This document shows, one piece after another, positions 54,269-64,000 of a stretch of DNA of 64,000 nucleotides. Under the pieces are notes generated by a model. It saw only the letters and a list, made by a program, of their open reading frames with translations. It was not told the DNA's origin and searched no databases. Origin of the DNA: Sedimentisphaerales bacterium (GTDB lineage Bacteria > Planctomycetota > Phycisphaerae > Sedimentisphaerales > Anaerobacaceae); assembly GCA_040772485.1 (NCBI GenBank), contig JAXGYC010000010.1:128001-192000 (forward strand). Reading direction: 5' to 3'. Positions within the stretch are counted from its first letter, which is position 1. Each line of letters starts with the position of its first letter. Position numbers and translations under genes: made by a program.

Positions 54269-56074
54269 ATGGGGAATTTCTACAAAGACAACGACGATAT
54301 CCGGTTCCTCTTCCAGCACCTCGACCTGGCGCGGCTGGCCGGCCTCTGCGAAGAGGGGTACCGCTTCGCTGAGGAATTCGACTACGCCCCGAGCGATGCC
54401 GGGGAGGCGGTGCAGAACTACGAGATGGTGCTGGATGCGATGGGCGAGCTGAGCGCGGACTTCATCGCTCCGAGAGCAGAGAGCGTGGACCGCGAAGGCA
54501 ATACGCTCAACGAGGATGGGACTGTCACACGAGCCAAAGGGATCGCCGAGGCGCTCGAGAAGCTGGCGCAGGCGGAGGTGATGGGCTTCACGCTGCCCTA
54601 CCGGTTCGGCGGGCTGAACTTCCCCAATCTGCTGTACTCGATGGCCACCGAGATCATCTCTCGCGCCGACGCGTCGCTGATGAACATCTTCGGGCTTCAG
54701 GGCATCGCCGAGACGATCAACGCCTTCGCCTGCGAGGAGATCAAGCAGGAGTACCTGCCTCCGTTCGCGGAGGGTAAGGTCACCGGGGCGATGGTGCTGA
54801 CGGAGCCGGACGCCGGCTCGGACCTTCAGGCCGTCAAGCTGCGGGCCTTCGAGGACGAAAAGGGCAACTGGTTTCTGCATGGCGTCAAGCGATTCATCAC
54901 CAATGGCTGCGGCGACGTCCTGCTCGTGCTGTCGCGCAGCGAGCCCGACCGCAGCGGCGGACTGGGCCTGAGCCTGTTCGTCTGCGAGCCCGGTCCGACG
55001 GTGCACATCCGCCGGCTGGAGGACAAGCTGGGCATCCACGGCTCGCCCACCTGCGAAATCTTCTTCGACAACACTCCCTGCAAGCTGATCGGCGAGCGCA
55101 GGAGGGGCCTGGCTCCCTACGTCGCGACGCTGATGAACGGCGCGCGGATCGGGATTGCCGCCCAGTCGATGGGCATCGCGGAAGCGGCCTGCCGTATCGC
55201 GAGGGACTACGCCGCCAGCCGCAAACAGTTCGGCATGGCCATTGAAAGATTGCCGGCGGTGCGCGACATGCTGATCAACATGAAGATCGCTGTCGAAGCC
55301 GGACGCGCCCTGCTCTATGAGACCAGCCGGGTCGTGGATCTGGCGGTGGCCTACAACAAGAGGCTGGAAGAGAACCCGCCTGAGGACAAGGCCGAGTTGA
55401 AATCGCTCAAAGACAACGCCCGCAGCTACAAACGATACGCCGGCATGCTGACCCCGATGGCCAAGTACCTCTGTTCGGAGATGTGTAATCAGGTCGCCTA
55501 CGATGCGATCCAGGTCCTGGGCGGCAGCGGGTACATGCGGGACTACGCCAGCGAACGGCACGCCCGCGACGCTCGGATCACGACAATCTATGAGGGCACC
55601 AGCCAGCTCCAGATCGTCGCCGCCGTGCGAGGCGTGTGCAGCGGCACCGCGGAGAAATACATCGAAGACCTGGCCGCGAAAGAGTACGCGCCCCAGGTCA
55701 AGGACCTGCTCGACAGACTCGCCGAAGGTGTCGGGCAACTCAAGGCCGCGGTCGAATTTGTGAAGGACAAGGGCAACGATTACATGGACCTGTACGGCCG
55801 GGCGCTGACGGACGTCGCGATCGCTCTGATCAACGGCTATCTGCTGTGCGACCAGGCCGGCACCAAGGTGCAGATGGACGTCGCCGTCGCGCCGGGCGTT
55901 TCGTCCACCAACGGCCAGACTGTCCCGATGAAGCAGCGCAAGGCCCTGGTGGCACGCCGCTACGTCGAGAAAAACGCGCCGACGATCAAAGCTCTCACAG
56001 AACTGATCTGTCAGGGCGACAGATCGACGTTCAGCGATTACGAAGCCCTCGTCGGGCCGGTCCAGGAACAGTAG
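54269..56074 (+). CDS. Acyl-CoA dehydrogenase (long form)
   Basis: LTEPDAGSDL, GVKRFITNG, EDKLGIHGSPT, RKQFG, IQVLGGSGY, IYEGTSQLQ. Confidence 0.95.
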   Translation: MGNFYKDNDDIRFLFQHLDLARLAGLCEEGYRFAEEFDYAPSDAGEAVQNYEMVLDAMGELSADFIAPRAESVDREGNTLNEDGTVTRAKGIAEALEKLAQAEVMGFTLPYRFGGLNFPNLLYSMATEIISRADASLMNIFGLQGIAETINAFACEEIKQEYLPPFAEGKVTGAMVLTEPDAGSDLQAVKLRAFEDEKGNWFLHGVKRFITNGCGDVLLVLSRSEPDRSGGLGLSLFVCEPGPTVHIRRLEDKLGIHGSPTCEIFFDNTPCKLIGERRRGLAPYVATLMNGARIGIAAQSMGIAEAACRIARDYAASRKQFGMAIERLPAVRDMLINMKIAVEAGRALLYETSRVVDLAVAYNKRLEENPPEDKAELKSLKDNARSYKRYAGMLTPMAKYLCSEMCNQVAYDAIQVLGGSGYMRDYASERHARDARITTIYEGTSQLQIVAAVRGVCSGTAEKYIEDLAAKEYAPQVKDLLDRLAEGVGQLKAAVEFVKDKGNDYMDLYGRALTDVAIALINGYLLCDQAGTKVQMDVAVAPGVSSTNGQTVPMKQRKALVARRYVEKNAPTIKALTELICQGDRSTFSDYEALVGPVQEQ

Positions 56075-56091
56075 CACCGAGGTTCGCTGTC

Positions 56092-56772
56092 ATGTTGGGA
56101 GCCGTGATCTTCGACTTCGACGGGGTCATCACCGATTCTGAGATCCTGCACTTCCGTGCATTCAACACGGTTCTGGCCGGTCTCGGACTGGAGCTGACCA
56201 AGAAGGAGTACTACTCGACCTACCTCGGTCTGAGCGACAAGGACTGCTACAAGGCGCTGATCGCCGAAGGCCGGCTTGACATCAAGCCGTCCCAGGTCGC
56301 CGAGCTGATTCAGAAGAAGACGCGCATCTTCGAGGAACTGGCCCGCACGGACGGCAAGGTCATCGAGGGGGTCCGTCCCTTCCTTGACCTGCTTGGCTCG
56401 AACGCGGTCCCGATGGCGATCTGCTCGGGCGCGCTGCGGGCCGAGATCGAGCTGATCCTCGAAGACTCCGGCCTGCGGGACTTCTTCAAGGCCGTCGTCT
56501 CGGCCGAACAGGTCAAGCGGGGCAAGCCGCACCCCGATGGATTCCTGCTGACTCTCAAGAAACTCAACCAGCGCCTGAGCGCTCCCCTGCCGGCAAAGCA
56601 GTGCGTCGTGATCGAGGACTCCCATTGGGGACTCCAGGCCGCCAGGGCCGCCGGCATGCACACCGTCGCAGTGACAAACACCTACGAAGCTGAGCAGTTG
56701 ACCGGCGCTGAAAAGGTCATCGACCGGCTCGACCGCCTTACGCTGGACGATCTCGAACAGCTCTGCCGCTGA
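56092..56772 (+). CDS. HAD family phosphatase (beta-PGM-like)
   Basis: IFDFDGV, GKPHPD, VIEDS motifs. Confidence 0.92.
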   Translation: MLGAVIFDFDGVITDSEILHFRAFNTVLAGLGLELTKKEYYSTYLGLSDKDCYKALIAEGRLDIKPSQVAELIQKKTRIFEELARTDGKVIEGVRPFLDLLGSNAVPMAICSGALRAEIELILEDSGLRDFFKAVVSAEQVKRGKPHPDGFLLTLKKLNQRLSAPLPAKQCVVIEDSHWGLQAARAAGMHTVAVTNTYEAEQLTGAEKVIDRLDRLTLDDLEQLCR

Positions 56773-56886
56773 CAGAAGTTGCCTGGGAGACTTGACTTCC
56801 GGGTGAAGTGGTCGGATAGTAGGCATCGGTTGCCGGTGTAAGGACCGGACTGTCTTGCATGAACGACGTCGTCCCAGGAGGTTGCC

Positions 56887-59580
56887 ATGCTCAAGCTTTG
56901 TGCCGCTCTACTGCTTGCCGCCCTGTCGATTCCCGCTGTTGCGGCCTCTCACGATGGAATGCCCTTCCAGGCAGTCACCCTGTTCGGATGCGACGCGTCG
57001 GGAACCCAGGATGGGCACAACCGATGGAACGCCGGACCGCACGATGCCGCATGGGACGTCTTCATGTACCAAGGCGACGTCGCGCAGCGGCTCGATGCCG
57101 TCGAATGGATGAACGATCCGCAGACCCATCTGATCGCGTTCCGCCCCGCTGCCGACAGCACCACGTACACGCTGCACATCGAATGCACCAGCGACATCGA
57201 GCATTTCGGCCTGAACCTCTTCGGTCAGGACAAGGACCGGCCGGCGATCTCAGTATACGCCCCTGTCACGCGCGATCCGTCGAAGCCAGCGCCATTCAAG
57301 GTCAACCACTCGGCTCGCACGATGGGCTGGCCGATCACGGAAGTGCCGGCTTGTGGGTCGGCGACCATCCGCACCGCCCGGGCCAGTCTCTGGACCTATA
57401 CGGCGGGGGATACGAAGCAGTATACCCTCACCGATTTCCGCGTGCTGGCGCCGGCGGCGGCCGGCCATGTGGATTTCGTCGGTCCCCACGAGACTGGTCC
57501 CAGCGGCAAGGCCGATTACGTGTTTCAGTTCACGTTGGCCGCAGGCGACGCCGAGGCCACCCCGCCGGACTGGCTGCTCTGGACCGATGCAGTCGCCGGG
57601 ATGCAGATCGGATCAAACGACCCCGACCGCACCTGGAAGCAGCGATACGACTGGCGAAATGCCGCGCCGCCATTCTCCTTCGTGGTCGATGGTCGGCCTT
57701 CCCGCGAACTGCTCCAAACGTGGACACACGATGCCCGACACGAAGCACTTGACCCCAATCGTATCGCCCACGCGCTGACTTGGCGTGATCCGCAGACCGG
57801 CCTGATCGTCCGCTGGCAGGGTCTGGAATACGTGGACTTCGAGAGCATCGAGTGGACCGTGTACGTGACCAATGGCGGAAACGAGGACACCCCGATCATC
57901 GAGAACCTCACGGCGCTGGATGCTCAGTTCACCCGTGCGGCGGACTCTGAGTACCTCTTGAGGCACTGGAACGGGACCTCGGTCGGTCCGGAGGATTTCG
58001 CGCCGGCCGGCACGGTGCTCGAAGCAGGCCGCAAGCTGTCTTTCGCACCTCGCGGAGGTCGCGGCACCGGAGGCTCTTGGCCTTACTACAATCTCGAGGC
58101 AGGCAACGAAGGGATCATTCTGGCGGTCGGCTGGCCCGGCCAGTGGCATGCAGACTTCCAGCGTGACGACGGGAATGCGCTGCACGTCACGGCCGGACAG
58201 GAAACAACGCACTTCCGCCTGCGGCCGGGAGAGACCATCCGGACGCCCCTGATCGTCATGCAGTTCTGGAAAGGCGGCGACTGGATCGACGCACAGAACG
58301 CGTGGCGACGGTGGATGGTCCGGCACAACCTGCCTGGCCGCAAGGGCCGGCCGCTGCCTCTGCCGATGTTCTGCGCGTGCAGCTCGCACCAGTTCGCCGA
58401 GATGACCAAGGCCGACGAGCGCAGTCAGATCGAGTTCATGGACCGCTACCTCGACAAGGGGCTCAAGCTGGACTACTGGTGGATGGACGCCGGCTGGTAC
58501 GTGGGGGCCGCGGAGAAGGGCTGGGCCGCAGCGGTCGGCACGTGGGAGATCGACCGTCGCCCGCATCGCTTCCCGAACGGCTTCAAACGCATCAGCGACC
58601 ATGCCCACGACCGGGGCGTCGAGATCATCGTGTGGTTCGAGCCCGAGCGGGTCCACGCCGGAACGTGGCTGGCAGAAAACCATCCTGAATGGGTGCTGGG
58701 CGGCTCCGGCGGCGGCCTGCTCAACCTGGGCGATCCTGACGCATGGAACTGGCTCGTCAACCACATCGACAAGATCATCACCGAAGAAGGCATCGATCTC
58801 TATCGCCAGGATTACAACATCGAGCCGCTGAACTTCTGGCGCCGCAACGACGCGCCGGACCGTCAGGGCATCACCGAGAACAAATACGTCACGGGCTATC
58901 TCGCCTACTGGGACGAGCTGCTGCGCCGTCACCCCGGCATGGTGATCGACTCCTGTGCCAGCGGCGGCCATCGCAACGACCTGGAGACGATGCGCCGGTC
59001 CGTGCCCCTGCTGCGCAGCGATTATCTGTTCGAGCCTGTGGGGCAACAGGGACACACCTATGGCCTGTCGTTCTGGCTGCCCTTCTACGGCACCGGATAC
59101 TGTCCCTCCAATACCGTCGGATGGGGCTGGGGCACGGGCGAACTCAGCTACAATCCGTACACGCGTCGCAGCAATATGTGTCCGGCGAATATCGGGCTTT
59201 TCGATTTCCGCGTCGAGGTCGACGACGAGCTGATCCTGAGGCTCTATCGCGAGTGGCTCGAAGTGGCGCCCGGCTACTTCGGAGACTACTATCCGCTGAC
59301 GGACTACAACCTCTCGCAACAGCAGTGGATCGCCTGGCAATTCGACCGACCCGATGAGGGCGGCGGCTTCGTGCAGGCGTTTCGGCGCGAGAGCTGCATC
59401 TATAGCTCCGCCGAGATCAAGCTGCGTGGACTGGACCCGGCGGCCGCCTACGAGGTGAAGGACTTCGACGCGGCAGACGCGGTCCGTCTCTCCGGCAGGC
59501 AACTGCTGGAAACGGGACTGCCCATCCGAATCCCGGCGAAACCGGGCGCGGTCACCGTCAGATACACAAAGGTCCCGTGA
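56887..59580 (+). CDS. Secreted alpha-galactosidase (GH36) with extra N-terminal domain
   Basis: Signal peptide; WMDAGW, WFEPE, YRQDYN, DSCASGGHRND; AGGAGG SD. Confidence 0.88.
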   Translation: MLKLCAALLLAALSIPAVAASHDGMPFQAVTLFGCDASGTQDGHNRWNAGPHDAAWDVFMYQGDVAQRLDAVEWMNDPQTHLIAFRPAADSTTYTLHIECTSDIEHFGLNLFGQDKDRPAISVYAPVTRDPSKPAPFKVNHSARTMGWPITEVPACGSATIRTARASLWTYTAGDTKQYTLTDFRVLAPAAAGHVDFVGPHETGPSGKADYVFQFTLAAGDAEATPPDWLLWTDAVAGMQIGSNDPDRTWKQRYDWRNAAPPFSFVVDGRPSRELLQTWTHDARHEALDPNRIAHALTWRDPQTGLIVRWQGLEYVDFESIEWTVYVTNGGNEDTPIIENLTALDAQFTRAADSEYLLRHWNGTSVGPEDFAPAGTVLEAGRKLSFAPRGGRGTGGSWPYYNLEAGNEGIILAVGWPGQWHADFQRDDGNALHVTAGQETTHFRLRPGETIRTPLIVMQFWKGGDWIDAQNAWRRWMVRHNLPGRKGRPLPLPMFCACSSHQFAEMTKADERSQIEFMDRYLDKGLKLDYWWMDAGWYVGAAEKGWAAAVGTWEIDRRPHRFPNGFKRISDHAHDRGVEIIVWFEPERVHAGTWLAENHPEWVLGGSGGGLLNLGDPDAWNWLVNHIDKIITEEGIDLYRQDYNIEPLNFWRRNDAPDRQGITENKYVTGYLAYWDELLRRHPGMVIDSCASGGHRNDLETMRRSVPLLRSDYLFEPVGQQGHTYGLSFWLPFYGTGYCPSNTVGWGWGTGELSYNPYTRRSNMCPANIGLFDFRVEVDDELILRLYREWLEVAPGYFGDYYPLTDYNLSQQQWIAWQFDRPDEGGGFVQAFRRESCIYSSAEIKLRGLDPAAAYEVKDFDAADAVRLSGRQLLETGLPIRIPAKPGAVTVRYTKVP

Positions 59581-59810
59581 CACGCCGAACCCGGCCAACA
59601 GGTCGGCGTCCCATAACAGGCACCAACGACCCCGAGCCCGCACTCTCCAACTGAGGAACGTCGCAGGGCTTGCAGGAATCCGGACCAACGCGAAAACGTC
59701 GCTATATGGACAAGGGATTCTGCCGATGATATACTCCATAGATGTCAGGGCCATGATCGCCTACGCCCGTGGAACGACGATGAGCTTCGAGCACCAGAAG
59801 GTCACGGTCG

Positions 59811-62096
59811 ATGCGGATGCGGCGCAACCATGTTCTTGCAGCACTACCCCTGGTCGGCCTCGCGCTCGTCCTGGTGTTCTTCGTGCGCCGGCCCGCTCTG
59901 GACGTCCAGACGCTCTTCTCGGCCGACCCCGCAGAAGGCCCTTGCTCGCCGGTCACGGTCGTTCACCCGCCTGACGGGGCCCTCTTTCCACCCGACATCG
60001 CGCCCCCGATGTTCCACTGGTCCGCCGAAGGTCTGGCGTGCGACACGTGGGCAATTCGATTGCGGTTCCAGGACGACCAGAACGACATCGACGCGCTGGC
60101 GCGCGAGCCCCGCTGGGTGCCGGACCAGCGGCTGTGGGAGGCAATCAAGAGAAGATCGCTCGAAAAGCCCGCCGAGATGCTCATCGTCGGCGTCCATCGA
60201 TCTCGCCCGAGCGAAGTCCTTGCCCGCGGACGCGTCTCGTTCGCGACATCGTCCGACGAGGTCGGTGCCCCGCTGTTCTACCGCGAAGTGAACCTGCCGT
60301 TTGTCGAGGCGGTCAAAGATCCGACAAAGATCCGCTGGCGTTTCGGCTCCATCAGCTCGGAGACCGCGCCGTCCGTCGTACTGGAGAACGTGCCGGTCTG
60401 CGGGAACTGCCATTCCTTCCCGAGAGACGCCAGCGTCCTGGCGATGGACGTCGACTATGCCAACAGCAAGGCTTCCTATGTCATAACGTCGGTGGCTGAG
60501 GAGATGACGCTGGCAACGAGTGACATCATCACGTGGAACGACTACCGCAAGGAGGACGGCGAGCAGACCTTCGGGCTGCTCTCGCAGATCTCGCCGGACG
60601 GCCGGTACGTGATCAGCACGGTGAAGGACCGCTCGGTCTTCGTGGCCACGCCGGGACTGGCGTTCTCGCAACTGTTCTTTCCCATCAAAGGCATCCTGTG
60701 CATCTTCGACCGCCAGACCGGACAATTCTCCGCTCTGCCCGGCGCAGACGACGCCAAGTACGTCCAGAGCAACCCCACGTGGAGTCCGGATGGCAAGTCC
60801 ATCGTCTTTGCCCGAAGCGAAGCCTACAGCCTCCGGGCCGACGACAAGAGCAAGGTTCTGCTCAACCGCGAGGACTGCGCCGAGTTCGTCGATGAGGGCA
60901 AGCCATTCCTGTACGACCTCTATCGCATTGCCTTCAACGACGGAAGAGGCGGCGTGCCGGAGCCGATTCGAGGCGCTTCCGGCGACGGCATGAGCAACTA
61001 CTTCGCCCGATACTCTCCCGACGGCCGGTGGATCGTTTTCTGCAAGGCGAAGAGCTACATGCTGCTCCAGCCGGACAGCCAACTCTACATCATCCCCGCC
61101 GAAGGAGGCGAGCCGCGAAAGCTCCGGTGCAACACCGCCCGCATGAACTCCTGGCACAGTTGGTCGCCGAATGGCCGGTGGCTGGTCTTCTCCTCGAAGG
61201 CGCACTCGGACTACACGCGACTGTTCCTGACGCACATCGACGAGGCCGGGCAGAGCAGCCCCGCCGTCTGTCTGTCCCACTTCACGGCGCCGGACCGGGC
61301 CGCCAACATCCCGGAATTCGTCAACGCCTCACCGGTGGCGATCCGCAAGATCCACGAGCAGTTCCTGAACGACTACTCCTTCGTGCGGGCCGGCGACGCC
61401 TTCTTCCGGGCCCAGGACACCGACGGCGCGATCCGAGAATACCGAAATGCCCTGGAACTGAATCCGAAGAACGTCTGGGCCCATCGCCGATTGGGCTTTC
61501 TGTTCTTCAATGTCAAAGAGCAGTACGACGAGGGCCTCAAGCACCTGCGAACCGCTCTCGAATTGGAGCCGCGCGACCCGCGCACGCACCACGATCTGGG
61601 CATGGCCCTTCTGTACCGCGGCCAACTGGACGCCGCCACAGCGCATCTGGCCGAAGCGATCCGGGGGATGCCCAAGGGTCTCGACAGCCAGTACGATCCA
61701 GTGCGAATGCGACACTCCCTCGGGCAAGCGCTGCTGGCGCAGGGGCGATCTCCGGAAGCGCGCCACTGGTTATCCGAGGCGCTTATCCTGGACCCGAATT
61801 GCGCCGAAGCCCATTACGGACTGGCGCTGGCACTGACGGACGCGGAGAAGCCGGAAGATGTGATCGCGCATTACACGGCCGCCGTCCGGCTGAACCCCAG
61901 GGTGGACAACTCGCCGGCGCTGCATGACTACATCTCCGGATTCTACCTGAGCCGCCGCGCCTTTCAGCCCGCTCTGGTTCATGAGACCCGCGCGCTGGAA
62001 CTGGCACGGATGACCGGAGATGCGTTGCTGATCCGCACCTTCGAGGAGCGCGTGCAGATCTGCCGGCAACTCGTCCAGCCCGCCGGCGCACGGTAA
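59811..62096 (+). CDS. TolB-like (PD40) beta-propeller + TPR protein with a single CxxCH motif
   Basis: SPDG/SPNG repeats, CGNCH, C-terminal TPRs; N-terminal TM. Confidence 0.85.
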   Translation: MRMRRNHVLAALPLVGLALVLVFFVRRPALDVQTLFSADPAEGPCSPVTVVHPPDGALFPPDIAPPMFHWSAEGLACDTWAIRLRFQDDQNDIDALAREPRWVPDQRLWEAIKRRSLEKPAEMLIVGVHRSRPSEVLARGRVSFATSSDEVGAPLFYREVNLPFVEAVKDPTKIRWRFGSISSETAPSVVLENVPVCGNCHSFPRDASVLAMDVDYANSKASYVITSVAEEMTLATSDIITWNDYRKEDGEQTFGLLSQISPDGRYVISTVKDRSVFVATPGLAFSQLFFPIKGILCIFDRQTGQFSALPGADDAKYVQSNPTWSPDGKSIVFARSEAYSLRADDKSKVLLNREDCAEFVDEGKPFLYDLYRIAFNDGRGGVPEPIRGASGDGMSNYFARYSPDGRWIVFCKAKSYMLLQPDSQLYIIPAEGGEPRKLRCNTARMNSWHSWSPNGRWLVFSSKAHSDYTRLFLTHIDEAGQSSPAVCLSHFTAPDRAANIPEFVNASPVAIRKIHEQFLNDYSFVRAGDAFFRAQDTDGAIREYRNALELNPKNVWAHRRLGFLFFNVKEQYDEGLKHLRTALELEPRDPRTHHDLGMALLYRGQLDAATAHLAEAIRGMPKGLDSQYDPVRMRHSLGQALLAQGRSPEARHWLSEALILDPNCAEAHYGLALALTDAEKPEDVIAHYTAAVRLNPRVDNSPALHDYISGFYLSRRAFQPALVHETRALELARMTGDALLIRTFEERVQICRQLVQPAGAR

Positions 62097-62628
62097 CGAC
62101 GTGGCCTCGTGGTCTGGCCAGACGGCTCCTGCGAGGCTTTGCGGCGTCCCTTCTTCCCGGAGAATCCGCATCGCCGCGTGCCGGCCCCTGCACGGCAAAG
62201 AACACCCGCACCGCCTTATCGGACCGTTGTCCGAAAGTAGCTTGCGAGATTGCGATGACGCCCGTTCACAAACGGAAATTCTGCGGCGGGCCTGCATTGG
62301 TCCCTGCGGCCTTTCCTCTGCACTTGTTATCAAACCCCCTTGACAATTCCTACCCCGTGGCAGGGTGTAAGACTCAGAATCCATCCATTCGCTACGCAAC
62401 TGCCCCGCCCTCCCACACGATATAGCGGACGCCTTGCCTGATTGGGGGTTCATCAAGAACCAAGTCAGACCTTGGAAGGCTGGAGATGCCACGCTTTTGG
62501 GGGGCATCGCCTCAATGCATGAAAGTGAAACGCGGATTGCCTGGCCCTTGTCGGGCCGTTGACGTGCCGCAGACGAAGTGCGTCGGCAGGCGAAGAAGCC
62601 ATTTGTTCAAGAGTGAAAGGCACAGAGC

Positions 62629-63120
62629 ATGGACACCGTTGTCGAGACACGGGCCAAGCCGGGAAAGTACCTGACCTTTGCCCTGGGGCCCGAGGAGTTC
62701 GGACTGGAGATTCTCAAGGTCCGTGAGATCATCGGCTACATGGCCATCACGGCCGTCCCACAGACGCCGGACTACGTTCGCGGCGTCATCAACCTGCGGG
62801 GCCAGGTCATTCCTGTGGTGGATCTGCGCGCCAAGTTCACCATGCAGGTCGAGGAGAGGACTTCGCAGACGTGCATCATTGTGGTCCAGACCCGGCGCGG
62901 CGACCAGCAGTGCAACACCGGGATCGTCGTCGATCGCGTTCGGGACGTGCTCGACATCACGGCCGATCAGATCGAGGACGCGCCGCAACTGGGCACGTCC
63001 GTCGGGACCGACGTCCTTCTCGGCATGGCCAAGATTGCCAACTCGGTGAAGATCCTGCTCGATATCGACCAAGTCCTCGGTTCGGCCGACCTGGCCGGCG
63101 TCTGCAAGGCCGCTGCGTAG
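62629..63120 (+). CDS. cheW: Chemotaxis coupling protein CheW
   Basis: KYLTF.L..EEFG, VREII, GVINLRGQVIPVVDLR, GIVVDRV. Confidence 0.95.
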   Translation: MDTVVETRAKPGKYLTFALGPEEFGLEILKVREIIGYMAITAVPQTPDYVRGVINLRGQVIPVVDLRAKFTMQVEERTSQTCIIVVQTRRGDQQCNTGIVVDRVRDVLDITADQIEDAPQLGTSVGTDVLLGMAKIANSVKILLDIDQVLGSADLAGVCKAAA

Positions 63121-63241
63121 TCGGGGCATGGAACAGTTTCCTGCATGGACGTCGGAGCGAATCCGCTGAAGGAAAGGCTATCACCGGGATCCCCCCGGTG
63201 CGTTCAAACAAATACACGCGTCGCATTTCAGGAGAATCAAG

Positions 63242-64000
63242 ATGTTCAAGAACATGAAACTGGCAACGAAAATGGGGATGGGTTTTGGTCTGCTGATCGT
63301 GATCTCCGGCGTTCTGGGCTACGTCGGGTGGAACGGCCTGAGCAACGTGACCACCAACGCCGAACTGAATCGCCAGGGAAATGAGTGCCTGCAAGGGCTC
63401 AATGATTGCGCCTCTCTGCGGAAGGAGTTCACGATCCGTGGCTTTGATGCCTACGGCAGCGACAACAAGACGGCCGCCGACAACTGGCACGCGGCATACA
63501 ACGCGCTGCTGACCCAGCTACAGCAACTGGAAGGTTCGGACGACCTGGCCGGCGTCGACCGGGCCATCGTCACAGAGGCCGCCGGCAAGATGCCCGCCTA
63601 CCTCACGTCGTTCGAGCATCAGAAGAGCGCTCGGAAGACACGGGATGAGGCCTTCACCAGTTGGAGCAAGATCGGCTGGGACGTCACCCAGGAAGTCGGC
63701 GCGATCAACACCAATGTCATCGCTCCGGCGCGCCGGGCGGCCGAGGAGGCCAAGAATGTCGAGGATATCACCAAGTGGGCCGCCATTGGGACCGAACTCG
63801 ACCAAAGCGTCTTTCAGGAGTTCCTGGTGCTGCGCGTGACCGCGGTCTACCTGCTGGCTACCAATGCCGAGGCTCAGTGGGAGGCCTATCAGAAGCAGCT
63901 TGCCAAGGCCAAGACCAATATCCAGACCTGGGCCGATCACGTGGCAGGCAACACCGCGCTGCAAGCAGCAGCCTCGCGCATCGCGGGCTATCTGAAGACC
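63242..64000 (+). CDS. Methyl-accepting chemotaxis protein, N-terminal part (runs off the window)
   Basis: CAGGAG SD; MFKNMKLATKMGMGFGLLIV TM1 then helical periplasmic domain; open to window end; follows cheW; signalling domain not visible. Confidence 0.8.
   Translation, partial: MFKNMKLATKMGMGFGLLIVISGVLGYVGWNGLSNVTTNAELNRQGNECLQGLNDCASLRKEFTIRGFDAYGSDNKTAADNWHAAYNALLTQLQQLEGSDDLAGVDRAIVTEAAGKMPAYLTSFEHQKSARKTRDEAFTSWSKIGWDVTQEVGAINTNVIAPARRAAEEAKNVEDITKWAAIGTELDQSVFQEFLVLRVTAVYLLATNAEAQWEAYQKQLAKAKTNIQTWADHVAGNTALQAAASRIAGYLKT

Noticed and set aside
55636..56091. N-terminal extension of the HAD ORF in the track
   Set aside because: Overlaps the acyl-CoA dehydrogenase out of frame; HAD motif I starts right after ATG 56092, which has a GAGGT SD
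1..64000. tRNA/rRNA genes, prophage, IS/integrase, defence systems
   Set aside because: No such motifs or ORFs recognised by eye; a covariance-model and HMM scan would be needed to exclude them fully

Overview
64 kb of high-GC bacterial chromosome. The gene content points to a Planctomycetota genome, probably an anaerobic Phycisphaerae/Sedimentisphaerales-like organism (inference, not a database match): a prepilin/H-X9-DG protein, BlaI/M56 pairs, a lamin-tail/CotH protein, a Hanks kinase and many secreted glycoside hydrolases. About 40 CDS are supported, including glycoside hydrolases (GHL10, GH106-like, GH36), a TolC/HlyD/MacB ABC exporter with duplicated permeases, tdh-kbl, mgtE, a pilT/PilB-like/CvpA operon, a divergent EF-G, two tandem BlaI-BlaR1(M56) systems with visible operators, etfB-etfA-acyl-CoA dehydrogenase, and cheW plus a truncated MCP. 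No rRNA, tRNA, CRISPR array, integrase or transposase was seen. Most notable: (i) an apparent operon at 8.6-11.4 kb of small ORFs and dense hairpins around an Rnk/Gre factor fused to an unknown His/Cys-rich domain; (ii) a 1697-aa M56 sensor built from LptC-like, secretin-like and pilin-like modules with an in-frame REP insertion; (iii) a possible internal start in the other M56 gene; (iv) degenerate NTPase motifs in EF-G and the PilB-like protein; (v) an apparently circularly permuted domain inserted in the GHL10 barrel. All family calls come from motif recognition by eye; no searches were run.
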